Below, piece by piece: positions 20,491-30,295 of a stretch of 64,000 nt of DNA. Numbering within the stretch: position 1 is the first letter of the stretch; the number at the start of each line of letters is the position of its first letter. A program made the translations under genes and the position numbers. A model generated the notes under the pieces. It saw nothing but the letters and a program-made list of their open reading frames with translations. It was not told the origin of the DNA and ran no database searches. This stretch comes from an uncultured Acidobacteriota bacterium (GTDB taxonomy: Bacteria; Acidobacteriota; Terriglobia; Terriglobales; Acidobacteriaceae): assembly GCA_963801895.1 (NCBI GenBank), contig CAWDGM010000005.1, forward strand, positions 231,385-295,384, given 5' to 3'.

Positions 20491-20601
20491 GGTGACAACC
20501 GTCTGAGATCAATATTGTTCCGTTATCAACGAAATCCCTGAGCGGCAGGCTGCGGCCTTTGAGGTAGTATCAATATCCGATTCATCAAGGAGAGTTGGCA
20601 C

Positions 20602-21171
20602 ATGAGCAAGTTTCTGACTGGCTTGATTATCGGCATCATCCTGGTACCGTTAATAATTTACTTGTACTTCTCGACTGGAATGGCGCCGGTAGCGACAAAC
20701 GCATCTCCGATGCCCTTTGAACGAATGTTCGCGCGCATGGCGCTGCACGCCGGGATGGGCAAGGCGGCTTCACAGACACCGCCGATTGCGGCAGATGAAG
20801 CCGCATTCGTGGCCGGCGCCCAAACCTACAAAGAGCATTGCGCCGTGTGCCACGGACTACCGCTAACTCCGCAGACTGCGATTTCAAAGGGGCTGTTTCC
20901 GGAGGCGCCGAAGTTGATGGAGGGTAAGGGCGTGACAGATGACACGCCGGGCGAAACGTACTGGAAGGTCTCCGGCGGAATTCGGATGAGCGGGATGCCG
21001 GGCTTCGTGAGCTCGCTCTCGAGCACGCAGATGTGGCAAGTGAGTCTGCTGCTGGCGAATGCCGACAAGCTGCCGCAGGCCGCAAAAGATATTTTGGTTT
21101 CATCGACGCCCGCGACTCCTGCGCCCATGGCAGTTCCAACCATGCCAGCGACGACACCGACTCCGAAATAG
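20602..21171 (+). CDS. membrane-anchored monohaem c-type cytochrome
   Basis: 189 aa with an N-terminal TM helix, the CAVCH motif and a GMPGF Met region. Confidence 0.8.
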   Translation: MSKFLTGLIIGIILVPLIIYLYFSTGMAPVATNASPMPFERMFARMALHAGMGKAASQTPPIAADEAAFVAGAQTYKEHCAVCHGLPLTPQTAISKGLFPEAPKLMEGKGVTDDTPGETYWKVSGGIRMSGMPGFVSSLSSTQMWQVSLLLANADKLPQAAKDILVSSTPATPAPMAVPTMPATTPTPK

Positions 21172-21196
21172 GACTTCGCTATTTTGCAGATTGCCA

Positions 21197-21228
21197 CCCG
21201 CGGACGGCACCGCGGGTTTTGTTTTGTT
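21197..21228 (+). terminator. rho-independent terminator
   Basis: Stem cccgcgg/ccgcggg followed by ttttgttttgtt. Confidence 0.55.
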
Positions 21229-21281
21229 CACTCTGGCCATCCTTTGTCGGCCGATAGCGCATGCTATAGTGCGTTTCTGCG

Positions 21282-22019
21282 ATGGGCTCATTTCTCTTTT
21301 TTGCATTTTCGTGGTGGTCGATTGCGCTGCGCATTGTGGCGCTCGTGCACTTCATCCGCCGCCGCCCGGACTTCTTTTGGCTTTGGGTCATCCTGTTTCA
21401 TTGGGTTGGGGCTCTTGTGTACATCTTCGTCGAAGTGATTCCGGATGCCGGGTTGCTGCGGAGTTCGTTTCAAGTATTTCCGCGACGGCGCAGGATTCAT
21501 GAGCTGGAACGTATCGTGCTGGACAATCCGTCTGCAGGCAACTACGAGGAACTAGGGCTGCTTTATCTGGATGACGAGAACTACGAACGCGCGCGGGGGT
21601 GCTACGACAAGTCCATTTCGTCGCGGGCTGATTCGGTGGATCCGTTTTATCGACGCGGGATCACCGAAGTGGAGTTGGGGGATTTCGCGGCGGCCGTGCC
21701 GGATCTGGAACGCGCGGTGTCGGCAGATCCAGATTACGATTTTCATCGCGGCAAGGGATTGCTGGCCTGGGCGTACGCGCAGACCGGCCAAAATGAAAAA
21801 GCGGACGCGATGTTTCGCGAGGCGGTGCGGATTTCCACGATATCGGAGACGTATTACCATTACGCGCTTTATCTCGAATCCCAGGGCCGGAATACCGAAG
21901 CAAAGGAGTGGGCTAAGAAGATTTTGGACAAGAAGGCGACGATGCCGGGATACTTGAAACGGCGAGAGCGACCGTGGTTCCGGAAGCGCGAACGCTTGTT
22001 AGGCCGGTTGCCGGGGTGA
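21282..22019 (+). CDS. membrane-anchored TPR repeat protein (PLD-nuclease N-terminal-like TM module plus TPR)
   Basis: 245 aa. The N-terminus reads HFIRRRPDFFWLWVILFHWVGALVYIFVE. It is followed by TPR-like repeats. Confidence 0.7.
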   Translation: MGSFLFFAFSWWSIALRIVALVHFIRRRPDFFWLWVILFHWVGALVYIFVEVIPDAGLLRSSFQVFPRRRRIHELERIVLDNPSAGNYEELGLLYLDDENYERARGCYDKSISSRADSVDPFYRRGITEVELGDFAAAVPDLERAVSADPDYDFHRGKGLLAWAYAQTGQNEKADAMFREAVRISTISETYYHYALYLESQGRNTEAKEWAKKILDKKATMPGYLKRRERPWFRKRERLLGRLPG

Positions 22020-22032
22020 CTTGGTGCACGGT

Positions 22033-22257
22033 GTTCAGGCGTCCCTTCAGGACGCGGTTTCACATTTCGCGCGTTACCCGGCGTTGAAACGCCGGGCTAT
22101 TTTCGAAGGTCCTTACGGGACTGACGGCAGCTGCGGCAGGAACAGCTACAGACTTCTTCTCGAGTTTCGATAGTGTGGCGATCTTTTCGACTGCATCGGT
22201 GGCCCAGGGCGTCGTACGGATCCTTCGAAGGGCTCGACGCCCTCCTCAGGATGACAT
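22033..22257 (+). repeat. composite intergenic element (family D plus family C)
   Basis: D part 22033-22123 (gttcaggcgtcccttcaggacgc..ggcgttgaaacgccgggctattttc..). C part 22211-22257 (gtcgtacggatccttcgaagggctcgacgccctcctcaggatgaca). Confidence 0.75.
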
Positions 22258-22269
22258 CGCTTTCAACGC

Positions 22270-23178
22270 ATGAACCGATGTTATCGGCGGATGTTAGCAT
22301 TGCTGATGGTGATGCTTTCCAAGCCCTCTATACGGCTGCTGGCGACTGACATCGACGGCACGCTGCTCAATCCACAATTCCAGATTTCAGAGGGCGACTT
22401 GATGGCCCTACGCAGGGCCCATGCCGCGGGCATGGAGATCGTCCTGGTAACGGGTCGGAGGCATGCCTTTGCGTTGCCCATCGCCAAGCAGCTCGGATTT
22501 GATTTGTGGTTGATTAGCTCCAACGGCGCGGTTACGAGGTCGCTCGGCGGAGAGACATTCCATCGAGACATGATGCCGGCCGCGACGTGCCGACAACTTT
22601 GCCAAGCCATGAAAGAGTTTCGCGGCAATACGGTTTTGACTTTCGACCAGGAGACCAAGGGCGCCATCGTGCTGGAGCGCCTGGACGAACTGGGAGCCAG
22701 CATTCGGCGATGGCTCGAGAAAAACATGGAGTACATCGAGTTCGTGGTCCCGATCGAGAAAGCGCTATCAAAAGATCCCGTGCAGGCGATGTTCTGCGGA
22801 ACGATGGCGAGGATGAGTGAGGCGCTGGCAGCGCTTGAAAGCGCTGGCATGGACGGCCTCGTAACGATCCTTCGAACGGAATATCCGGCACGCGATCTTT
22901 CCATGATTGATGTGCTGAATGCGGGGTGTTCGAAGGGCCATGCACTGGAGCGGTGGGCAAAGCATCGCGGGTTTGAGCGCGATCAGGTCATGGCCGTCGG
23001 TGACAACCATAACGACGTGGAAATGCTTGAGTTCGCCGGCCATCCAGTTATCATGGGGAATGCGTGCGAAGAGCTTCGCACGCGCGGCTGGCGGGTGACC
23101 CGCGGCAATGACGACTGTGGGGTCGCGGCCGTGGTCGAATGGGCGCTGGCAGATGCGCCACTGGTCAGTGGGGTCTAG
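22270..23178 (+). CDS. Cof-type HAD-IIB family hydrolase (sugar phosphatase-like)
   Basis: Motifs LLATDIDGTLL and VGDNHNDVEM. The start is uncertain, with in-frame ATGs at 22291-22312. Confidence 0.85.
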   Translation: MNRCYRRMLALLMVMLSKPSIRLLATDIDGTLLNPQFQISEGDLMALRRAHAAGMEIVLVTGRRHAFALPIAKQLGFDLWLISSNGAVTRSLGGETFHRDMMPAATCRQLCQAMKEFRGNTVLTFDQETKGAIVLERLDELGASIRRWLEKNMEYIEFVVPIEKALSKDPVQAMFCGTMARMSEALAALESAGMDGLVTILRTEYPARDLSMIDVLNAGCSKGHALERWAKHRGFERDQVMAVGDNHNDVEMLEFAGHPVIMGNACEELRTRGWRVTRGNDDCGVAAVVEWALADAPLVSGV

Positions 23179-23200
23179 TCGTCCGGCAGAGGTTGGACGA

Positions 23201-24112
23201 ATGGGGATGAAGCGGATTCGTTCAGTTTCGAGACTTGGAATCATCGCAGTGATCGCGGTGGCGGCCCTTCCCTGCCTGGCTACAGAAGTTGCGGTGTTGA
23301 AGAACGGCTTCGCAATCCGGCACGAGCGGCGCGAGACGATGGGCGATGTCACTCGCCTCTTCGTGAATGCTGATGGTTCCAGTTTTGTAGATATTCCTAC
23401 TGCCCAACTGGATCACATTGAAGCCGCTCCCGAGCTACCAGCGTCCGCTGCGAAAACTCCTGTCGGCGGATCTGGCGTTCAGGCTACGTCGACGAGCCTT
23501 CCGAGGACGGGGTCCGGTGCCTCGCCTTTGGGAAGGATTGCGGGCGGGGCGCATCCGTCAGCGCCTGTGCCCACACGCGCTGCGCCTCGCGTGAACATCA
23601 CCGAGGTCGTGAAAGATGCAAGCGGACGATATCAGCTTGATCCGGATCTTGTGGACAGCGTCATCAAGGCAGAAAGCGGATTTAACGTGCGGGCGCGATC
23701 GCCCAAGGGTGCGCAGGGCCTGATGCAACTGATGCCGGGAACGGCAACACAGCTGGGTGTTCCAAACGCGTACGATCCGGAGGCGAACGTTGACGGCGGA
23801 ACAAAGTATCTGCGCGAACTGCTGGAACGCTACAACTTCGACATCGTAAAAGCTCTGGCCGCATATAACGCCGGTCCGCAGCGAGTGGAACGATTTGGCG
23901 GAGTGCCGCCGTATTACGAGACTCGCGCTTACGTGGCACGCATCGTGAAGGACTTCAACAAGAAGAAGCTGGCGCAGCAGAAGGCTGCTGCAGCCGCTGC
24001 CAAGAAAAGTGCCGCTCCCGCTAAGGGAGTGCGGGCGCATGCTCCGGCTGCGAAGCAGGGTCCCGCCAAGGGTGCTGTGCAGGCTAAGAGTTCGCCTGGC
24101 GGGGGTCAGTAA
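23201..24112 (+). CDS. lytic transglycosylase (SLT domain) with an Ala/Lys-rich tail
   Basis: Start moved to ATG 23201, which is followed by a signal peptide. Motifs ESGFN, GLMQLMPGTA and AYNAGP. Confidence 0.85.
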   Translation: MGMKRIRSVSRLGIIAVIAVAALPCLATEVAVLKNGFAIRHERRETMGDVTRLFVNADGSSFVDIPTAQLDHIEAAPELPASAAKTPVGGSGVQATSTSLPRTGSGASPLGRIAGGAHPSAPVPTRAAPRVNITEVVKDASGRYQLDPDLVDSVIKAESGFNVRARSPKGAQGLMQLMPGTATQLGVPNAYDPEANVDGGTKYLRELLERYNFDIVKALAAYNAGPQRVERFGGVPPYYETRAYVARIVKDFNKKKLAQQKAAAAAAKKSAAPAKGVRAHAPAAKQGPAKGAVQAKSSPGGGQ

Positions 24113-24203
24113 CACCCGCGATCGTCCAATGTAGCAACTGTAGCCCCTCCTTCTGGAAACTAAGATCAAGATCAACTTCAAAGACCAAGTCAACTTCAAA
24201 AGC

Positions 24204-24229
24204 AGCGGACGAGGCGTCCGCTCCACACA
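24204..24229 (-). repeat. REP-like hairpin related to family A (TGTGTGG-AGCGGACG-CCTC-GTCCGCT)
   Basis: agcggacgaggcgtccgctccacaca. It is preceded by a tandem caa(g/ )tcaacttcaaa duplication at 24168-24203. Confidence 0.7.
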
Positions 24230-24317
24230 TGTTTGACCCTTGCGGCTGAGTCATTTACCTTTGGGGGTACCGTTTCCCTTTTCGCGTGGCTGGGCCGCGG
24301 TGCGAAGTTTCTCCCTC

Positions 24318-25352
24318 ATGGATAAGAAGCGCATCCTGGCCAGCATTGTTGTGTTCCTCGTTCTCGCCATTCTGGTTTACCTGCAGTACAGGCACTGGCG
24401 AACGTTTGATTGGGGTACCTTCTGGAGCCAGACCAACCGAATCAATAAGCTCCATGTTTTACATGGGATTGCGCTGATATACCTCGGCTATTTGATGAGG
24501 GCCCTGCGCTGGAAAATCTTCCTCAACCCGGTGCGCCCGAAGACGCGGACGATTGATATGGTGTCGCCGACCTTGGTTGGATTCACCGGCCTGGCGTTGC
24601 TGGGCCGCGCGGGAGAGTTCATCCGGCCGTATCTGATTGCGCGACGCACTGACTTGCCAGTGTCGTCGCAAATTGCGGTGTGGGGGGTGGAGCGCATTTT
24701 TGATATCGGTGCGTTCACCGTGCTTATGTTGCTGGCGATTTTCCTTCCGAGCGCCCTGCCTTCGATTCCTCACCCGGAGTATTACCAGCGATTTCGTGAA
24801 TTGGGATTCTTCCTGACTGCGCTTGTGGCGGGGACGGCGCTCGCGGCCGTAGTCATTCGACGAAACGGAGAGAAAGTTGCGGCATGGGTGGAGACTCGAT
24901 TCGCGCACTTGTCGTCGAATCTCGGTCATCGACTGGCGCAGAAGGTGCGCGAATTTGGCATGGGGCTGAATACGATCGACGGTCCCCTGTCGTTGCTGTG
25001 GCTGACCATGGTTTCGGTGGGTATGTGGTACGTGATCGCGCTGGCCTACCAGGAAGTCACACACTCCTACGGAGTCGATGCACTCGCGATTCCTGTTTCA
25101 CAGTTATTGATCCTGATGTTTTCGAGCATGCTGGGATCGATGCTGCAACTTCCTGCTGTCGGCGGCGGTTCTCAGATGGCGACGATCGCGACCTTGTCGA
25201 GTGTGTTCGACGTCCCCCCGGAGCTCGCGGCAAGCTGTGGCATTCTGCTCTGGCTTGTAACATTTGCGGCGGTCGTTCCGTCGGGATTACTGCTGGCGCA
25301 TCGCGAGCGACTGTCGCTCAGGAAATTGTCGGTTGAAAGCCATCAAAAGTGA
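24318..25352 (+). CDS. flippase-like / lysylphosphatidylglycerol synthase TM-region family membrane protein (UPF0104)
   Basis: Start moved to ATG 24318. About 8 TM helices with RALRWKIFL and GRAGEFIRPY motifs. Confidence 0.7.
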   Translation: MDKKRILASIVVFLVLAILVYLQYRHWRTFDWGTFWSQTNRINKLHVLHGIALIYLGYLMRALRWKIFLNPVRPKTRTIDMVSPTLVGFTGLALLGRAGEFIRPYLIARRTDLPVSSQIAVWGVERIFDIGAFTVLMLLAIFLPSALPSIPHPEYYQRFRELGFFLTALVAGTALAAVVIRRNGEKVAAWVETRFAHLSSNLGHRLAQKVREFGMGLNTIDGPLSLLWLTMVSVGMWYVIALAYQEVTHSYGVDALAIPVSQLLILMFSSMLGSMLQLPAVGGGSQMATIATLSSVFDVPPELAASCGILLWLVTFAAVVPSGLLLAHRERLSLRKLSVESHQK

Positions 25353-25573
25353 CGAACTGGTCTTGAATAGCGAAGCTCCCGTCGGTACGGATGAGAGAGA
25401 CATCGAAATACCCCAGTGGCTGTGATTCTCGGATACGAACACGTTTTCGACAGCAAAAGAACCCGCAATTATCTAGCTTTTATAAGTACGGGAGCGTACA
25501 CTGGCTTTGCTTTAGACGCAGACCTCCGCTGACTCGATAACGGCCCTTTGCGCACTAAACGGAAAGGTGCCCC

Positions 25574-25810
25574 GTGTCCAGCGATTCGGATCCCACCGAG
25601 CAGCATCTTTTCCCCCCGTCCGCTGCAACACCATCTTGCCCCGAGACCGCTCGCCCGGAACGTGAACTCTCTCATCTTCGAAGCATGCAGGTAGCCGCAA
25701 TCCGCGATGCGACCTATCTGGGAATGACAGGGGAACAGGCCCAAGCCTTCGAGGAACGAAGCCTGCGGATCAAAGAAATCATCGCTACCTTGGGTAGAAA
25801 CAAAACGTAA
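25574..25810 (+). CDS. small hypothetical protein (78 aa)
   Basis: ORF with a GTG start. Its C-terminal half resembles the 3372..3614 product. Confidence 0.4.
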   Translation: MSSDSDPTEQHLFPPSAATPSCPETARPERELSHLRSMQVAAIRDATYLGMTGEQAQAFEERSLRIKEIIATLGRNKT

Positions 25811-25828
25811 CCTTGGCCACGATCGAAG

Positions 25829-26593
25829 TTATTGCGCTTCCTGCAACCACACTTCTTTTCGTTGTTCAATCACCGAATAGCAATTACATGAAGCTTCGAG
25901 GAGCTTTGGGCGACTGAGGATGGTCACACTTCCTCGCGAGTATTCGATCATTCCTGCTTTTTGCAGAATGCCCGCGGCGACGGTGACGCTCGCACGGCGG
26001 CTTCCAAGCATGTGCCCCAGAAACTCCTGGGTCAAGGGAAGCGTTTCGCCGCCGAGCCGGTCGTGGCTCATGAGTAGCCATCGAGCCAGCCGCTCGACCA
26101 CATTGTGCAGCCGGTTGCACGCGGCAAGCTGAGTGGATTGCATCGATAGGATCATGGAGAACCGAAGCAGCTGAGCTTTGAGGTCCGGGCACTCGGGAAG
26201 GATGCTCAGGAGGTTTTTTGCGTCCAACCGATAGGCTGTTCCGTCTGATTGCGCGATCACTCTCAGTCCGCTGCTCTTGAATCCGAAGAGGATGGGTGAG
26301 CCGACAAAGCCTTCCCTTCCGATCAATCCAACCTCGACCGTCTTGCCGTCCGGCTGAGTGGTCAGCACGGAACCCACCCCCTCATTCAAGAAAAATACGG
26401 ACTTGATGGTCTCGCCAGTTTCGTGCAGCACCTGGTGAAGCTTTAGCCGCACAAATTCCAGAAAAGGCAGGATCTGGACACACTCTTGCCGGCGGAGACT
26501 TCGTAGGATGACATTACCTATTTCTTTTCCGTCCCCATCCATCGGGGACGATCGAGGCGAACTGAGAATGCGAACTGCAGAATCTTTAGACAC
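25829..26593 (-). CDS. Crp/Fnr family transcriptional regulator
   Basis: 254 aa with a cNMP-binding-like beta-roll (FFLNEGVGSV..GREGFVG) and a C-terminal HTH (RRASVTVAAGILQKAGMIEYSRG). Confidence 0.85.
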   Translation of the reverse strand: MSKDSAVRILSSPRSSPMDGDGKEIGNVILRSLRRQECVQILPFLEFVRLKLHQVLHETGETIKSVFFLNEGVGSVLTTQPDGKTVEVGLIGREGFVGSPILFGFKSSGLRVIAQSDGTAYRLDAKNLLSILPECPDLKAQLLRFSMILSMQSTQLAACNRLHNVVERLARWLLMSHDRLGGETLPLTQEFLGHMLGSRRASVTVAAGILQKAGMIEYSRGSVTILSRPKLLEASCNCYSVIEQRKEVWLQEAQ

Positions 26594-26848
26594 ATCGGCT
26601 CCTTCGCGCGCTGCGATTTATGCAATCTGATTTCGCAAGGAACCGTCGCCATGCCGTGCGTGGCGGAACGATGCTGGAAGAGACTAATACCAAGCTACGC
26701 TGAATTAAAGCGCTTGTATGTCTCTAATCGCACACATATCGGAGGGCCATCAGGCGGACAACCGAAGGAAGATCACGATGAATTTGTAGCGGTCCAGTGG
26801 AGTGAGGGATGGAAGCCGCCCAGAAACTTGAAGGAAAGGGCGGAGTTG

Positions 26849-26925
26849 TGGAGGCCCCGGGCGGAGTCGAACCGCCGACCAACGGTTTAGGAAACCGCTG
26901 CTCTATCCAACTGAGCTACGGGGCC
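26849..26925 (-). tRNA. tRNA-Arg (anticodon CCT), CCA encoded
   Basis: The cloverleaf was checked by hand: acceptor GGCCCCG/CGGGGCC, D stem GCTC/GAGC, anticodon loop TTCCTAA, T arm GGCGG-TTCGACT-CCGCC. Confidence 0.95.
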
Positions 26926-27040
26926 TTGCGCCGGATTCAGAGAGTTCGTCCGACAGAGATCGTCGGCTAACCTTAAGGCCAGGGCATTGCTGCAATGTCG
27001 CTTTCGCCGACGAATCAGAGTTCTAACAAAATTATAAGGC

Positions 27041-27310
27041 CTACGATGTTTTTCCCGGCTCCGGGTCTGGGATGCGGAAGCCGGTCGGTTTTGGGGCTAC
27101 CTGACTCGCCAGCACTTCGGGCGTGACGTTTTGATAGTTGGAGGCAATCATCATCAACGTCGTCTGATCAACCGTCACTTTCTCTGCTACTCCCAACGCA
27201 AAGTAGCTTTTGCCAAACATCTCGCGCGCGGTCTGCATGCACGCCGAGGAATAAACGCTCGCACAGATCATCCGGAGCATGTTTGTCGTAAAGTCTTCCG
27301 AACTTGGCAT
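27041..27310 (-). CDS. hypothetical protein (89 aa)
   Basis: Start chosen at ATG 27310 (MPSSEDFTTNML..). The upstream part of ORF 27041..27475 looks non-coding. Confidence 0.4.
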   Translation of the reverse strand: MPSSEDFTTNMLRMICASVYSSACMQTAREMFGKSYFALGVAEKVTVDQTTLMMIASNYQNVTPEVLASQVAPKPTGFRIPDPEPGKTS

Positions 27311-27410
27311 TGCGGTAAACCTTTCTCTATGAAATTTGTAAAGCGGGAATTTGCTTCCGATGATACGCGAACAGCGACGATTTTCACCTGCGGCACGAGC
27401 AGGAGAGTTC

Positions 27411-27542
27411 CTAAAACCAATCGCTGCGGTAGGCGATCCACCAGGAGAGAAAGAGAATGGGCACGGTAGCCACACAGGCCCACCAGAACGGCAGCAAGAA
27501 ATCCGCCACCAGGCCTAGAAGCACAAAGATGATCCAAAACAT
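27411..27542 (-). CDS. possible small membrane peptide, 43 aa (MFWIIFVLLGLVADFLLPFWWACVATVPILFLSWWIAYRSDWF)
   Basis: Short hydrophobic ORF about 110 nt downstream of kdpC. The RBS is weak. Confidence 0.3.
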   Translation of the reverse strand: MFWIIFVLLGLVADFLLPFWWACVATVPILFLSWWIAYRSDWF

Positions 27543-27652
27543 CTTTCGTTGCACGGCACGATTGTAACCTCCCAAATTCCTAACGGAGGAGTGTCGGTTC
27601 CCACAGGCTCGGAGTTGACATCTACGGGCTGCTTGCGTAGATCAGCTACTCT

Positions 27653-28252
27653 TCATCGTGACTTAGCAAGCTGCGACTGAATATGAGGGTGGGTCGCGCT
27701 ATCCAGATCGAGATTCAGTTCGAGCACATTCACCCGCGGCTCGCCGAAGAGGCCGACGTCGCGCTGGCGGGTGTGCCTTTGGACAAGTGAGTGAAGTTGC
27801 GCTTCGGGAATGCCACGCTCGCGTGCGATGCGCGGGATCTGGAAATCAGCAGCCGCCGGAGAAATCTCCGGATCGAGTCCGGACGCAGAGGTGGTGACCA
27901 GATCGATCGGGACAGGTTGCGACGGATTCTCATTGTGCAGTGCGGCAGCGTCTGTCTGGATGCGCTCGATCAGCTTGCGATTCGTAGGCCCGAGGTTGGT
28001 GCCTCCGGAATTAGCGGCGTCGTAGCCGATGCCGGCTGCGGATGGACGCGGATGGAAATATTTAGGGGAGGTGAACGGTTGAGCGATCAGACGGGAGCCA
28101 ATCGCTTCTCCGTCGCGGTAAACAATCTGGCCGTTCGCTTTGTCCTTGAATAGCAACTGAGAGAGCGCTGTGACGGCCAGCGGGTACGCGATCCCTAACA
28201 GCAACGTCATGGTCAACGTCATTAGAAAAGCGGTGATCAGGTTCTTCTTCAT
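27653..28252 (-). CDS. kdpC: potassium-transporting ATPase subunit KdpC
   Basis: Start at ATG 28252 (MKKNLITAFLMTL..). Contains the motif SGGTNLGPTN. Confidence 0.93.
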   Translation of the reverse strand: MKKNLITAFLMTLTMTLLLGIAYPLAVTALSQLLFKDKANGQIVYRDGEAIGSRLIAQPFTSPKYFHPRPSAAGIGYDAANSGGTNLGPTNRKLIERIQTDAAALHNENPSQPVPIDLVTTSASGLDPEISPAAADFQIPRIARERGIPEAQLHSLVQRHTRQRDVGLFGEPRVNVLELNLDLDSATHPHIQSQLAKSR

Positions 28253-28259
28253 AAGATCC

Positions 28260-30290
28260 TCACGCGAGACCGACGGCAGTGATGAGCACGTCGATGATCT
28301 TGATGCCCACAAACGGGGCGACGAGCCCGCCTAGGCCGTAGATCAGTAGATTCCGGCGTAGTAGGGCCTCCGCACTCATGGCGCGGTACTTCACTCCACG
28401 AAGAGCCAGCGGAATCAGGGCGATGATGATCAGCGCATTGAAAATAACCGCTGAGAGCACCGCGGACTCAGGCGTCTTCAGGCGCATGATGTTCAGTGCA
28501 TTCAAGACTGGAAAAGTAGCGGCAAACATGGCTGGAATAATCGCAAAATATTTGGCGACATCGTTGGCGATGGAGAAGGTGGTCAGGGCACCTCGCGTCA
28601 TCAGCAACTGCTTGCCGATTTCGACGACCTCGATGAGCTTGGTGGGATTGGAATCGAGGTCGACCATGTTCCCTGCTTCTTTCGCGGCCTGAGTGCCTGT
28701 ATTCATTGCGACGCCGACATCGGCCTGAGCGAGCGCAGGAGCATCGTTGGTGCCGTCTCCCGTCATGGCGACGAGTTTTCCCCCAGCCTGCTCCGTACGG
28801 ATCAGTTTCAACTTGTCTTCCGGTGTGGCTTGCGCGAGAAAGTCATCGACACCCGCTTCGCGCGCAATGGCCGCGGCAGTGAGCGGATTGTCTCCGGTAA
28901 TCATTACCGTGCGGATTCCCATAGAGCGAAGTTGGGCGAAGCGATCCCGCATTCCGCCCTTAACAACATCCTTCAAATGGATGACCCCCATCGCGTGGCG
29001 ATTTTCCGTTACTACGAGTGGCGTACCGCCCGAGTTTGCAATTCGTTCGACAACTTCACGGACCTGCGGAGGCATCGCGCCGTTGTTGTTGGTTTCAATG
29101 AAGCGGGCAATTGCGTCGGCGGCACCCTTGCGTATTTCGCGGCCATCGAGGTTGACGCCGGACATGCGGGTCTGGGCTGTGAACGGAATGAATTCCGCCT
29201 CGTGGGTAGCAAATTCGCGTCCACGGAGACTGTATTTCTCCTTTGCGAGCACAACGATTGAGCGACCTTCGGGAGTTTCATCGGCCAGCGAAGAGAGTTG
29301 GGCTGCGTCTGCCATCTGCGCTTCAGTGACGCCCGGAGCGGGCAGGAATTCCGTGGCCTGCCGATTACCAAAGGTGATGGTGCCGGTCTTGTCGAGCAAA
29401 AGCGTGTTGACGTCGCCAGCGGCTTCGACGGCGCGTCCGGACATGGCAAGGACGTTGTGCTGAACCAGACGATCCATTCCGGCGATGCCGATAGCGGAGA
29501 GCAATCCGCCGATGGTTGTGGGGATCAGGCAGACGAGCAGCGAGACCAGCACGAAGACTGTCTGCGGCGATCCTGAATAGATCGCGAAAGGCTGGAGGGT
29601 GACAACGGCCAGAAGGAAGATGATCGTCAATCCCGCCAGCAGAATGTTCAGAGCAATTTCGTTGGGAGTTTTTTGACGCGAGGCACCTTCAACCAGGGCG
29701 ATCATTCGATCGAGGAATGTTTCACCGGGATTGGATGTGATTTTGACCTTGATGTGATCGCTTAGAACTCGGGTGCCTCCGGTGACCGCGGAACGATCGC
29801 CACCGGCTTCGCGAATCACAGGCGCGGATTCTCCTGTGATAGCGGATTCGTCGACGGACGCCACGCCTTCGACGATCTCTCCGTCGCCGGGAATGAGTTC
29901 GCCAGCAGAAACAGAGACCAGGTCGTTGACGCGCAGCTTTGCGCTGGGAATCTCCTCGATTCTGCCGTTCGATGTGTAGCGCTTCGCCACTGTCTCCGAT
30001 CGAGCACGGCGGAGCGTTTCTGCCTGGGCCTTGCCGCGTCCCTCAGCCATGGCTTCGGCGAAGTTGGCAAACAGAACGGTGAACCAGAGCCACAGCGTGA
30101 TCTGCAGGTTAAAGCGGAATGCCTCGCGGGGGTGGAGAATCAGAAGGATCGTCGTGATGACGCTGCCGATTTCCACGACGAACATCACGGGATTGCCCAT
30201 CATGTTGCGCGGGTTGAGTTTTTGCAGTGAACTCAACACAGCGTTGCGGACGAGTTTGAGATCCCAAATCGATTTGTGATGGCTGGCCAT
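28260..30290 (-). CDS. kdpB: potassium-transporting P-type ATPase subunit KdpB
   Basis: 676 aa with DKTGT, TGDN and [10 protein letters not shown] motifs. Confidence 0.98.
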   Translation of the reverse strand: MASHHKSIWDLKLVRNAVLSSLQKLNPRNMMGNPVMFVVEIGSVITTILLILHPREAFRFNLQITLWLWFTVLFANFAEAMAEGRGKAQAETLRRARSETVAKRYTSNGRIEEIPSAKLRVNDLVSVSAGELIPGDGEIVEGVASVDESAITGESAPVIREAGGDRSAVTGGTRVLSDHIKVKITSNPGETFLDRMIALVEGASRQKTPNEIALNILLAGLTIIFLLAVVTLQPFAIYSGSPQTVFVLVSLLVCLIPTTIGGLLSAIGIAGMDRLVQHNVLAMSGRAVEAAGDVNTLLLDKTGTITFGNRQATEFLPAPGVTEAQMADAAQLSSLADETPEGRSIVVLAKEKYSLRGREFATHEAEFIPFTAQTRMSGVNLDGREIRKGAADAIARFIETNNNGAMPPQVREVVERIANSGGTPLVVTENRHAMGVIHLKDVVKGGMRDRFAQLRSMGIRTVMITGDNPLTAAAIAREAGVDDFLAQATPEDKLKLIRTEQAGGKLVAMTGDGTNDAPALAQADVGVAMNTGTQAAKEAGNMVDLDSNPTKLIEVVEIGKQLLMTRGALTTFSIANDVAKYFAIIPAMFAATFPVLNALNIMRLKTPESAVLSAVIFNALIIIALIPLALRGVKYRAMSAEALLRRNLLIYGLGGLVAPFVGIKIIDVLITAVGLA

Positions 30291-30295
30291 ATTCC

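Noticed and set aside
26651-26890. A 79-aa ORF upstream of and overlapping the tRNA.
   Set aside because: It overlaps the tRNA-Arg gene on the opposite strand and has no RBS or recognisable features.
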